Positions 20,803-29,443 are shown, counted from the stretch's first letter. The stretch: DNA of 64,000 bases from Alphaproteobacteria bacterium RIFCSPHIGHO2_02_FULL_46_13 (GCA_001767915.1 MEMI01000027.1:4227-68226), one strand, 5' to 3'. The notes: generated from the letters alone by a model not told the origin. Translations and numbers: made by a program.

Positions 20803-20833
20803 AATCGCCGCCCTTTTGGAAAAGGCGGCGATT
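20803..20833 (-). terminator. probable terminator of gapR
   Basis: 10-bp GC-rich inverted repeat aatcgccgcc/ggcggcgatt. On the minus strand it runs into ATTTTTAAA. It lies 29 nt downstream of the gapR stop. Confidence 0.6.
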
Positions 20834-20861
20834 CGTATAATTTTCAGTCCGGATAGCGGTC

Positions 20862-21140
20862 TTATTCAAGGCCGATAGCGGCTTTATAAAGTTCCAGCAA
20901 TTCTTCTTCTTCGCGACGTTTTTCAACTTCCATTTTGCGAAGTTTCAGGATTTTACGCATGGTTTTGACGTCAAACCCGACACCTTTGGCTTCGGCATAA
21001 ATATCCTTAATATCATCGGCCAAGCCTTTTTTTTCTTCTTCAAGGCGTTCAACACGGTCAAGGAAACTTTTGAGGCGTTTGCCAGCAACACCACCAACAT
21101 CAATTGTGTCGTCATCTTTTTCTACAGCAGAAGGCATCAT
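20862..21140 (-). CDS. gapR: DUF2312 / GapR nucleoid-associated protein
   Basis: 92-aa ORF: LKSFLDRVERLEEEKKGLADDIKDIYAEAKGVGFDVKTMRKILKLRKM matches the alphaproteobacterial GapR/UPF0335 pattern. Confidence 0.85.
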   Translation of the reverse strand: MMPSAVEKDDDTIDVGGVAGKRLKSFLDRVERLEEEKKGLADDIKDIYAEAKGVGFDVKTMRKILKLRKMEVEKRREEEELLELYKAAIGLE

Positions 21141-21213
21141 TTACTCCGTGGTTTTTTAAAATAATGGCACACCCTAACCAATGGGCAGGGGGTGCGCAAG
21201 TCATTAATTATAA

Positions 21214-21927
21214 CTATCTTTTTGCGTTGGAAGAGACTGACCAGCGTTCAACAACAAGGCCGACATCATTATTGCTTTTAGGGGCAACACGACCGATCTG
21301 GATTTGAACGAGCAGGCTTTGGCTCTGTGTGGTCACTGATTTATCAACGGTTTCCATGTCCATATTATAAAAAGAGGTCATCAATGGAATTTGAACAAGC
21401 CAATGGTAAGTGTCAGAGATCGCACCATCCTTAATAACCGTGCCTTCTTCGCTGGAAACGGCTTGGAGCCTTAAAGAGTTGCTGGAAAGAATTGCAACCA
21501 TATTCGTTTTTTGAAGATAGTCCTGATACTCCTGTAACGCATAGGGCGTGAAGGAAGGGGATATTTTCTTGAAATCATTTTCATATGTTTTGACATTAAT
21601 TGTCATCGCTTGCGACACGATTTCTGTTGCCCATTCGATAATTTGTTTTTCGCTGCGGTGGGGCTTTGACAAATTGTTGGCATCTTCGACAACTGCGCCG
21701 TTTGACCCGTAAATACCCATCAGTTTGTTTTGTGAGTTGCCAGTGTTGGCATCCGGTGTGGTTGGAAACGGGGCTTGTAGAGTGACTTCAGGGGGAGGGC
21801 CTTTTTGCTCTTCCTTTTTTCCACCAAACAATTTATCCAAAAAACCTTCTGAATGGGCTGAAGGGGATACTACAAAAGCAGTTATTGCGACTGTCGCAAT
21901 AACCGACATTGATATTCTTTTTATCAT
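21214..21927 (-). CDS. secreted hypothetical protein (possible DotI/IcmL-like fold)
   Basis: 237-aa ORF with a signal peptide (...VVSPSAHS/EG). The C-terminal ~150 aa (QIIEWATEIV..., FTPYALQEYQDYL, HWLVQIPL) recalls DotI/IcmL-type domains from memory only. Confidence 0.6.
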   Translation of the reverse strand: MIKRISMSVIATVAITAFVVSPSAHSEGFLDKLFGGKKEEQKGPPPEVTLQAPFPTTPDANTGNSQNKLMGIYGSNGAVVEDANNLSKPHRSEKQIIEWATEIVSQAMTINVKTYENDFKKISPSFTPYALQEYQDYLQKTNMVAILSSNSLRLQAVSSEEGTVIKDGAISDTYHWLVQIPLMTSFYNMDMETVDKSVTTQSQSLLVQIQIGRVAPKSNNDVGLVVERWSVSSNAKR

Positions 21928-22550
21928 TTTCTTTGGTTGGCCTGTCTGAAGAGGTTCGGTACGATCTTTTTGATTGTACCAATTGTACGGCCAAATTCCA
22001 TTACATTTTCTAATCGTCTGTCTAAAAAAGCTTGGGTAATTATATTTTCCTCTGATTCATCGCCGATCCAGACCATATTCGTGCCCATTAAAATGGATGA
22101 TAACAGGGCGCGTTTTGTCTGGCGGTTATAATCCGTTGCCGTATCTCCCGCCCAGTTCCAGATGCAGTCAGATGTGCGCCACAAGACGCGCTGTCCCTGA
22201 ATAACATGGGATGGAATGGTCCAGAATGCCATGGCGGCCTTCACTGCACCCTTGTTATTTTCCAGAATTTCGTTGCGGGAGAGGATAGCTAAGCGGACTT
22301 TATCCTTGCTGCGAAGAGTATCTGTAGGAAGCTTTGCCAATTTTTCCATCATTTTGCGGTCGGCATAATCTGAAAAATGCGCGACAACATCAACAATCCC
22401 GTTCGGGAAAATGCCGGATTTCATTTCATCCTGCGCTTTGCATTCCGCAGCCGCTTTTTCAACAATACCCCATGTCCAGCCGGAGTCTTCAACATGTGGA
22501 AGGGTCGCCAATAAAATCTGGTCACGCAGTGTTGTTATCTGGTCTTTCAT
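21924..22550 (-). CDS. COQ9-family (rpsU-divergently transcribed) ubiquinone biosynthesis accessory protein
   Basis: ORF 21924..22583. The ATG at 22550 is preceded by AAGGAG at 6 nt. RDQILLATLPHVEDSGWTW is typical of the family. Confidence 0.78.
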   Translation of the reverse strand: MKDQITTLRDQILLATLPHVEDSGWTWGIVEKAAAECKAQDEMKSGIFPNGIVDVVAHFSDYADRKMMEKLAKLPTDTLRSKDKVRLAILSRNEILENNKGAVKAAMAFWTIPSHVIQGQRVLWRTSDCIWNWAGDTATDYNRQTKRALLSSILMGTNMVWIGDESEENIITQAFLDRRLENVMEFGRTIGTIKKIVPNLFRQANQRK

Positions 22551-22650
22551 GAAATCTCCTTGAGGTTGATAAAACTGTATCAAAAAAGCTTAGGTTTTGA
22601 AAAGAAATCGTTATACTGCACTGCACGGGATCGAAAGTGGTAAAATTTTT

Positions 22651-24012
22651 ATGGTCAAAGACAAAGAAACAAAACCAAAAGCAGATAAAGGTAAACTGAC
22701 GCAACGCGTAAAACGTTACGGTCAGGTTTCAACCGCTATGGCGGGACTGGCCACTAAGGTCGCGGGGGAGAAAGTCTTCGGCGCTAAAATCGACCGTGAA
22801 AAACATGCGGCTGATCTGCTCATGCGGCTCGGGAATTTAAAGGGGCCGTTGATGAAAGTCGGTCAAATTCTGGCAACCATCCCCGAAGCCTTACCTCCCG
22901 AATATGCCGAAGCGTTCCAGCAGTTACAATCGAATGCCCCCCCCATGGGGTGGGCTTTTGTTCGCCGCCGGATGCGGGCGGAACTCGGGGCGGATTGGGA
23001 ATCAAAATTCAAATCATTCGGGCATGAAGCCGCCGCCGCCGCAAGTTTAGGGCAGGTGCATAAAGCCACTTTACCGGATGGGCGTGAAGTTGCCTGTAAA
23101 TTGCAATATCCCGATATGGTGTCGGCCATCTCGGCTGACCTCTCTCAATTGAAAATGATGTTCTCTCTCTACGAGTCATTTGATAAATCCATCATCACTA
23201 AAAATATCCATGATGAACTGAAAGACCGCCTCTACGAAGAACTGGACTACACGCTGGAGGCCAAGCGCACAGCATTGTACGGAGAGCTGTTAAAGGACGA
23301 GGAGATGGTGAGTGTTGCCTCCGTCGTGCCCGAGCTTTCAACCGCGCGCTTGCTCACCTCCACATGGATGGACGGCGCAAAAATCATGTCGTTCAGGGAC
23401 GAAAAGGTTGCCGACCGAAATACCATCGCTATGAATATGTTCCGCGCATGGTATGTGCCGCTTTATTATTACGGCATCATTCATGGTGACCCGCATATGG
23501 GGAATTATTCTGTGCGCAAAGATTTGGGGATCAACTTGCTCGACTTCGGATGCGTGCGCGTTTTCCGCGGGGAATTTGTTGAAGGCGTTATCAATCTTTA
23601 TCGCTCCATCCGTGATGATGACATTGACCTTGCGGTACATGCATTTGATACATGGGGCTTTAAAAATCTGAACAAAGAACAAATCGAAACATTGCTGATT
23701 TGGGCGCGGTTTTTATATGGTCCGCTTTTAGATGACAAAAAACGCGTGATCGGGCAAACCAGCCAAGGTGTCTATGGTCGCGAAACCGCCCGCAAAGTGC
23801 ATGAACGTTTAAAAGAAGTCGGCGGCGGCATTACCATCCCGCGCGAATTTGTCTTCATGGACCGTGCGGCCTTGGGGTTGGGGTCTGTCTTTATCCATCT
23901 GCAAGCCGAAATCAATTGGCACAGGTTATTCGAAGATATGATCGCCGATTTTGACGTCAACGCCTTGAAAAACCGCCAAAAAACCGTTCTGGATCAATTC
24001 GGCCTCATATAA
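22651..24012 (+). CDS. ABC1/UbiB-family atypical kinase
   Basis: ORF 22597..24012 opens with TTG; the first ATG is at 22651. It has ABC1 kinase motifs (KVGQILATIPE, AAASLGQVHKA, HGDPHMGN). Confidence 0.85.
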   Translation: MVKDKETKPKADKGKLTQRVKRYGQVSTAMAGLATKVAGEKVFGAKIDREKHAADLLMRLGNLKGPLMKVGQILATIPEALPPEYAEAFQQLQSNAPPMGWAFVRRRMRAELGADWESKFKSFGHEAAAAASLGQVHKATLPDGREVACKLQYPDMVSAISADLSQLKMMFSLYESFDKSIITKNIHDELKDRLYEELDYTLEAKRTALYGELLKDEEMVSVASVVPELSTARLLTSTWMDGAKIMSFRDEKVADRNTIAMNMFRAWYVPLYYYGIIHGDPHMGNYSVRKDLGINLLDFGCVRVFRGEFVEGVINLYRSIRDDDIDLAVHAFDTWGFKNLNKEQIETLLIWARFLYGPLLDDKKRVIGQTSQGVYGRETARKVHERLKEVGGGITIPREFVFMDRAALGLGSVFIHLQAEINWHRLFEDMIADFDVNALKNRQKTVLDQFGLI

Positions 24013-24106
24013 TGGTTGACGCAGGGCAACATCTGAGTTATATCCCTCACACGCTCCAGTTACCTAAGAGTTACCAAGCATACAGCGATAGTCACTTCAT
24101 ATTGAT

Positions 24107-24186
<80 letters not shown>

Positions 24187-24199
24187 AAATCAATTAGTT

Positions 24200-24228
24200 A
24201 GCCGCTTTCGAGCGGCTTTAATTTTTTA
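24200..24228 (+). terminator. rho-independent terminator after tRNA-fMet
   Basis: agccgct-ttcg-agcggct hairpin followed by ttaatttttt. Confidence 0.65.
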
Positions 24229-24530
24229 TCAGGGCTACTCTGGGGATACCATTCGCACGAATAGGTAGTCTTGTATCTCAGCCGATAAATGCCCATCCCA
24301 CCCCTCCGCCGTACCCAAATCATCTCGGTGTAAACACGCATCTAGCCGAGCAACAAAATATCGAATTTTAAGATCAAATTGTTATTGTCGATATTTTTGT
24401 GCCGTATGTATTCTTCTATGTATATTTTTTGCAATAATGATTGTCATGCAGGGGATTCTCATTATCATGATTTTCTGTTAAAATAGAAAAAAGTTAAATA
24501 AAATCAAAATATTAACCCATCCAAGATGCC

Positions 24531-25340
24531 ATGAAGAAAATTGATGAAAAAATGCTAGAGAATGATATTAAGGCTATGCTGATTGAACATCTTCGGCATA
24601 AGCAGGTTATTTCTAGTAACTCGGTTCTGATAAATGAATTTAATATTGATGGTTTCACTAATCGCGCTGATCTTGTGATTGCAGAAGATGACGGCCTGTT
24701 TGCGTATGAAATTAAAAGTGAATCTGATACTCTTCAGCGCTTAGAAAAACAGGTCGAAAAATATTCCCAATTCTTCGACAAAGTGATAGTTGTCGCAGCT
24801 ACAAAACATATTCCTAATGTCCTTAGTATAGTTTCCTCTGACATAGCTGTTTGGGAAGTTACGCCGTCAGGTTTTAAGGTTCTGCAGAGAGGGCGTGCAA
24901 GCAAATCTCAAGAGAGGGAAAATCTTTTGAGAATATTGAATGTTAAAGAGCTTAAGAGGCTGGCTGTCAATTCTGGCCGCATACCAGATGCTATACGGAG
25001 AAGCTTTTTAGAGGCTGTTCTATCAGATATTTCATATGCCCAGCTTCGCAAAGCTGTAATAGAAGCTCTTCGGGAGAGGTATTATAATTCGTCTATGAGC
25101 TTTTGGCAGATTGCAAGTGATTGCGTTAAGCCTTGCCACATCACCGAATTAAGCCCTTATCTTGCCCAAAGAAGACGAATTAAGATGTTGGAGCAAGAAC
25201 AAAAGGCTTTCTGGGATCGCTGGCATGACGAAATAAAAAGAATGCCAGATGATCCAATGCTAATAGATTTATTGGGTCAAACTGAAGAATCTTTATTTGG
25301 TGAAATCCCCGATAGCGTAAGAGCTATACTTTCTAGGTAG
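24531..25340 (+). CDS. PD-(D/E)xK nuclease-fold protein (sce7726-like)
   Basis: 269-aa ORF. RADLVIAEDDGLFAYEIKSESD gives a D...ExK core after an N-terminal helix, followed by a helical C-terminal half. The family name is recalled from memory. Confidence 0.65.
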   Translation: MKKIDEKMLENDIKAMLIEHLRHKQVISSNSVLINEFNIDGFTNRADLVIAEDDGLFAYEIKSESDTLQRLEKQVEKYSQFFDKVIVVAATKHIPNVLSIVSSDIAVWEVTPSGFKVLQRGRASKSQERENLLRILNVKELKRLAVNSGRIPDAIRRSFLEAVLSDISYAQLRKAVIEALRERYYNSSMSFWQIASDCVKPCHITELSPYLAQRRRIKMLEQEQKAFWDRWHDEIKRMPDDPMLIDLLGQTEESLFGEIPDSVRAILSR

Positions 25341-25343
25341 ATT

Positions 25344-26465
25344 TTAGTCTACCCAATCATCATCCGTATCAATTTTTGTTCCGGTCGCCAAGTTGTAATG
25401 CAACTGACGGTGAAGATGTATATTAATACGCACAGCGGTAGCATGGCGAGCGTTAGTGATATGGTTCGTTTTTGATGCGGCTTCAATCTCTTTTGCCCCC
25501 CAAACGTCAAGACCACTTTCCCATGCGGGATCAGACACAAGAGCTTTCGCTGCCTTTCTAAAAGCTGCGTTTCTCTTTTTCTCGTCCTTTGTATCTTCCT
25601 TGCTTATTTTTTCCCTGGAAATTTTCCAAAAATCTTTAAGCGGATAATCAATTCTCGGCGATCCAGACCATCCGGAGTCGGTTGTTTCAGCTCTAACACT
25701 TCCTCTATCGCTGTAAATCATATCTGCAAGTGGACATAAAGAATCTACCATTTGATAAAATTGGCGCTCATATATTGGCTTGTCGGCGACCCCTTCAATC
25801 CCCGAGAATTCAGAAGGGAATGTTGTTGATGATACTATAAATGTGGCATTTGGAATTAACCTAACCATACCATTAACAAATCCTGATACAGATGCTGCGT
25901 AAGTCAATAAGTCTGCCTGCGCTCTTTGGCCACTTCTGCCGTAGTCTATAATGACATAAAGATCTTCAATTTCTTTTGCGGCCAATACTTGTAGGACTGT
26001 ATTCCAGACCTGAATATTATCTTCATTAAATCTAACTGCAATTCCTCTGTCTAACTCTAGGAAAGCATCTATTTGCGCGGCCAGCTGCGAAGGCTCTTCT
26101 AGCTGAAGACAAGGAATTACCTGCTCATGCTGCTCGACAAAGTCACACCAGTTTTTATAGCCTGATGCTGGGTTCTTTAAAGATATTAGTTGATGATGTA
26201 CGGGCTTCTTTTCATGATCGGGTAAGGTACTTTTTTCTGAATAGTAAACGCTGCAAATGTCTGCAATCCAGGGACGATTACCAAACGCCTTCTCAATTCT
26301 TTCTATTGACTTTGAGAGATTAAGGGCATTTTGCCATCCTCTTAGCATGATAATAGGTAAGAGGGCATCCTTATCTTTATTTGACAAATTTTCTAGCGCG
26401 GCCATTTCTGAAGGTCGCACTGCGATTAGTGGTAGGTAGCTATATGTTGAAATATCTACGAGCAA
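25344..26465 (-). CDS. beta-protein / sce7725-like protein
   Basis: 373-aa ORF. The N-terminus YLPLIAVRPSEMAALENLSNKDKDALLPII resembles the start of beta-protein (PF14350)-type families as I remember them. Alternating beta/alpha-like pattern. Confidence 0.6.
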   Translation of the reverse strand: MLVDISTYSYLPLIAVRPSEMAALENLSNKDKDALLPIIMLRGWQNALNLSKSIERIEKAFGNRPWIADICSVYYSEKSTLPDHEKKPVHHQLISLKNPASGYKNWCDFVEQHEQVIPCLQLEEPSQLAAQIDAFLELDRGIAVRFNEDNIQVWNTVLQVLAAKEIEDLYVIIDYGRSGQRAQADLLTYAASVSGFVNGMVRLIPNATFIVSSTTFPSEFSGIEGVADKPIYERQFYQMVDSLCPLADMIYSDRGSVRAETTDSGWSGSPRIDYPLKDFWKISREKISKEDTKDEKKRNAAFRKAAKALVSDPAWESGLDVWGAKEIEAASKTNHITNARHATAVRINIHLHRQLHYNLATGTKIDTDDDWVD

Positions 26466-26482
26466 ATTCTTATACCTTATGC

Positions 26483-26980
26483 TTATCTGCCAAGACGAAT
26501 GTTTAGGGCAGTGGTTGATACACCTAATTCAGTAGCAATTTTATCAACTCTTTCTTCAATATCATCATTCCTATACTGCTTTAATTTTTCTTCTATAATT
26601 TCCCAGGGCATTAAAATATCGGCGGCAAGTCTATTAGCTTCAGCCTCTCTTTTGTCTGTGAGCTGAGAGCGATAAAGCACATTATCTTGAATGCCACTAC
26701 CTATCTCACTCCTGTGCAGAAAATAATGCGCTAATTCATGAGCCAATGTAAATCTTTGCCTATTTTTGTGTTCATGTCTATTCACGCGAATGATAAAACC
26801 AGCATTAGCTTCTTCATCAGGCTTTATCTCACCAGAAATGCCGACAGGTAATGTTGCACTTTTGACGATCAGACCCAATTCCGCTCCTAATTCGCCAAGG
26901 CGCATAGGTTGCTCAAGCTGATACCTCTTTATCAGCTGTTTTGTAGTTTCATCTAATTGGTTCCATTCACGCGAAAACAT
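26483..26980 (-). CDS. ImmA/IrrE-family Zn metallopeptidase
   Basis: 165-aa ORF with HEXXH (FTLAHELAHYFLH) and a downstream EAEANRLAADILMP, the COG2856/Peptidase_M78 signature. Confidence 0.85.
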   Translation of the reverse strand: MFSREWNQLDETTKQLIKRYQLEQPMRLGELGAELGLIVKSATLPVGISGEIKPDEEANAGFIIRVNRHEHKNRQRFTLAHELAHYFLHRSEIGSGIQDNVLYRSQLTDKREAEANRLAADILMPWEIIEEKLKQYRNDDIEERVDKIATELGVSTTALNIRLGR

Positions 26981-26996
26981 ACAAAATTCCTAAACC

Positions 26997-27404
26997 TTAC
27001 GCATTGGTATCACCATTTTGTGGGCTAGATAAGCCAACATCCGGATAAACTAATCTCTCAACAGTATCTTTTAAGTATTCTCTCAGTTCTCCGCCTTCTT
27101 TGAGCTGACGTTTAACCTCTTCTTCAGCGCGTCGAGCGGCATTTGCTTTTATTTCCTGGTAGCCGAAAACAGCTAAAGCGCCGAGCACAACGCTGCCTAG
27201 TGCAAACATCACACCTAATACAGTGAGTAAGATGACAACTAAATCTGTGTATTCCATATCAATTTTTGCCTCTAAGCCCGATGACAGAGTGACTTTTGCA
27301 ACTTGAAAAACGCATATTATCGCTCCGACTAAAATCCCTAAACCAAAAATTCCAAATGCGGATGGCCATCGTATATCCACGATTTGGGGTTTTTCCTTCG
27401 CCAT
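26997..27404 (-). CDS. two-TM membrane protein with charged coiled C-terminal tail
   Basis: 135-aa ORF with hydrophobic segments AFGIFGLGILVGAIICVFQVA and LVVILLTVLGVMFALGSVVLGALAVFGY, then QEIKANAARRAEEEVKRQLKEGG. It lies 16 nt upstream of the peptidase gene. Confidence 0.65.
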   Translation of the reverse strand: MAKEKPQIVDIRWPSAFGIFGLGILVGAIICVFQVAKVTLSSGLEAKIDMEYTDLVVILLTVLGVMFALGSVVLGALAVFGYQEIKANAARRAEEEVKRQLKEGGELREYLKDTVERLVYPDVGLSSPQNGDTNA

Positions 27405-27623
27405 ATCAAACCTTCCATCTTTATCTTATATTAAGGGAGGAAATATATAAACAGAAAATCGATTAAATAGTATGTAATATCAATATGTTTCTGTGGTGCT
27501 TTTATCTCATAATTTAGCACATAAGTGTGATCATTTATTGTAATGGTTTGTATAACCGAGATTCTATGGGGGAGCGTTGTATTATAATATAGAAAATAAA
27601 AAACGAATTGTGTGTTATCGGGC

Positions 27624-27956
27624 TCACTCGTTTAGCTGAATACATCCGTATGTCCCAGGCACCCTCGATAAGGAAGGATCACCGTTATATTCCTGTGCAG
27701 CCTCTAGGCAGGTCTGTCGATCGTCAGCATAGCCGGTGAATATTGCCAGATAATCGTTGCCGTTTTTTACAAAGGCATAGTCAGGGGATGACCCCACACG
27801 ATTTTTTGATAGAAATTCTATCAATTCTTTGCTTGTGATAATTTTAGATTGCGAGGTTTGCGACATTAACGGTTTGACCCAAACGCTAACCATAACGATC
27901 ATAAAAATTATCGAAAAAATATGTACTGTGCTTTTAAAGATGCTTTCGATCTTCAT
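27624..27956 (-). CDS. small exported/membrane-anchored protein
   Basis: 110-aa ORF with an N-terminal hydrophobic segment (VHIFSIIFMIVMVSVWV). It lies 13 nt downstream of the lipoprotein gene. Confidence 0.55.
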   Translation of the reverse strand: MKIESIFKSTVHIFSIIFMIVMVSVWVKPLMSQTSQSKIITSKELIEFLSKNRVGSSPDYAFVKNGNDYLAIFTGYADDRQTCLEAAQEYNGDPSLSRVPGTYGCIQLNE

Positions 27957-27969
27957 GGTTATGCTCTTT

Positions 27970-28686
27970 TTAATACTGATAGCTTGAACAATTCATCACA
28001 TCTGCATCCCATCGGCATTGTGTATGAATAGGTTTGTTTACCTGTTGTTGATTATAAGAGTTTTGGTAGGCTTGCTGTTGCTGATTATAATTTTGGAATG
28101 TTGATCCCATCGCTTGCCACATGGCTGCCTCTGATTGTAGTTGCTGAAAATGCTGCTGATCTAGTTGACTAATTATTGCCCTCTGGTGGTCTTCCCATTT
28201 CTTAACAAGGTATTGAATTACATTTTCTAGACTGGAAGCTGCTTCTCCTCCTGTGATTTTTTCGTGTAAATATTTTGTGTAAATATTATTACGAAGATCA
28301 GTGGATTCTTGTGCGATAGGCGCAAATGACCTGACGTAGTAATCAGGGTTATTTTTTATTTTTTCTTGCCCTCGATCTCGACAGTTTCTTGAGGTTTCTA
28401 TCAATTGGGACATAACTTGCTTGTCGCTCATCCTTATATAATCTGGGTTGGCTTTTGTCTTTGTCGGATTATCGGATTTCGATACAAACAGTATCTTTTT
28501 CAATCTTGGTTGAGTATCCCAGACCGCATTATTACAAGTTTCGATTTCTGCGCCGATATTGCTTAATGTTGCTTCCATAGAATTATATGTTCTTTGCGCC
28601 GCTGTTGGTGCATTTGAGATTGAGGCGCATGAGCTGATAAGAAAACACAACATGGCCAAAGAAGAAACTCTTATGTATTTGATCAT
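27970..28686 (-). CDS. lipoprotein with Gln-rich C-terminus
   Basis: ORF 27970..28701. The ATG at 28686 has GGGAG 8 nt upstream. Lipobox LISSC; the C-terminal region is QQ-rich (QNYNQQQQAYQNSYNQQQ). Confidence 0.65.
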   Translation of the reverse strand: MIKYIRVSSLAMLCFLISSCASISNAPTAAQRTYNSMEATLSNIGAEIETCNNAVWDTQPRLKKILFVSKSDNPTKTKANPDYIRMSDKQVMSQLIETSRNCRDRGQEKIKNNPDYYVRSFAPIAQESTDLRNNIYTKYLHEKITGGEAASSLENVIQYLVKKWEDHQRAIISQLDQQHFQQLQSEAAMWQAMGSTFQNYNQQQQAYQNSYNQQQVNKPIHTQCRWDADVMNCSSYQY

Positions 28687-28700
28687 TATTAAATCTCCCA

Positions 28701-28734
28701 AAATAAAAAAGTCACCAGCAGGGCTTCTGGTGAC
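28701..28734 (-). terminator. intrinsic terminator immediately upstream of the lipoprotein RBS
   Basis: On the minus strand: GTCACCAG-AAGCCCTG-CTGGTGAC followed by TTTTTTATTTT, then GGGAG and the ATG. Confidence 0.7.
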
Positions 28735-28880
28735 TGGGAGTTTAGAAGTCGCTATAAGACGACCGCGACGGTCTTTAACCGTTAGGTCTGGACATACACC
28801 GTCGCCTCCCAGCCATAACTGAGAAGCGACGTGTTGACGGACACATCATCCGCTTATAGAGAGGTTCTAAAGCCCCAGAC
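28735..28880 (-). promoter_or_regulatory. GC-rich structured leader / candidate cis-regulatory RNA
   Basis: Nested complementary segments: 28736-28747 with 28866-28877, 28753-28759 with 28852-28858, and 28767-28773 with 28797-28803. In addition, 28806-28815 is complementary to 28731-28740, which overlaps the 5' arm of the terminator. Confidence 0.35.
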
Positions 28881-29047
28881 CAGCCCTGACTGATCTGCAA
28901 TCACTTTAGAACAATATGAATTTATAAGAAAGGCCTGATTTTCTTGTTTAAAACCGTTTTACGGTGCAGTTTGAACCTTCTTAGGGTGTGATATGTTTGG
29001 TTATATCCCAAAACGCCGCCATAAGAATTCTTTCTGAGATTTAAAAA

Positions 29048-29443
29048 TTACAGTATCATGCGCCGATACCAGCCTGGCAGATTGGGGTAATGTGCTTTCA
29101 AAAAGCTCATAATAATGGCTCTATCAGTCGGGGGCATATCCTCATAAAGTAACTTTTTGAGGCTTTCGATTTTGTCATGATATGCCTTACCGCTCCATCT
29201 GTATATGAACTCCTGTTTCCCATTTTTCGAGTTTATCAAGTGTCGGGGTTTGTAGGCACGTTCAATATGACCGCTTTTCACAAGTTGTAGTAGGGAAGAT
29301 GTTGGTTTGATGTCCCTGCCAAGTTCTACTTTTAGGTGCACTGTGATTGCCCGTGAAGAAAACCACTTTCGGGAATTCGCGGTTAGCAACAGCATGATTG
29401 ATCCTTTGACGGATAAAAGGCGTTTCTCATTTTGCTGGGTCAT
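29048..29443 (-). CDS. hypothetical protein (possible winged-helix DNA-binding)
   Basis: 131-aa ORF. The pattern SSRAITVHLKVELGRDIKPTSSLLQLVKSGHIERAYKP is wHTH-like, but this is a weak call. Confidence 0.55.
   Translation of the reverse strand: MTQQNEKRLLSVKGSIMLLLTANSRKWFSSRAITVHLKVELGRDIKPTSSLLQLVKSGHIERAYKPRHLINSKNGKQEFIYRWSGKAYHDKIESLKKLLYEDMPPTDRAIIMSFLKAHYPNLPGWYRRMIL

Noticed and set aside
28735-28900. Whether the GC-rich structured segment is a known housekeeping RNA (tmRNA, SRP/4.5S, RNase P, 6S) or a retron msr/msd.
   Set aside because: I could not find the conserved motifs of tmRNA (tRNA-like ends, tag ORF), SRP RNA (GGAA/AGCA symmetric loop context) or RNase P (GAGGAAAGUCC). No reverse transcriptase gene is nearby. 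I kept it only as an unclassified leader or ncRNA candidate.
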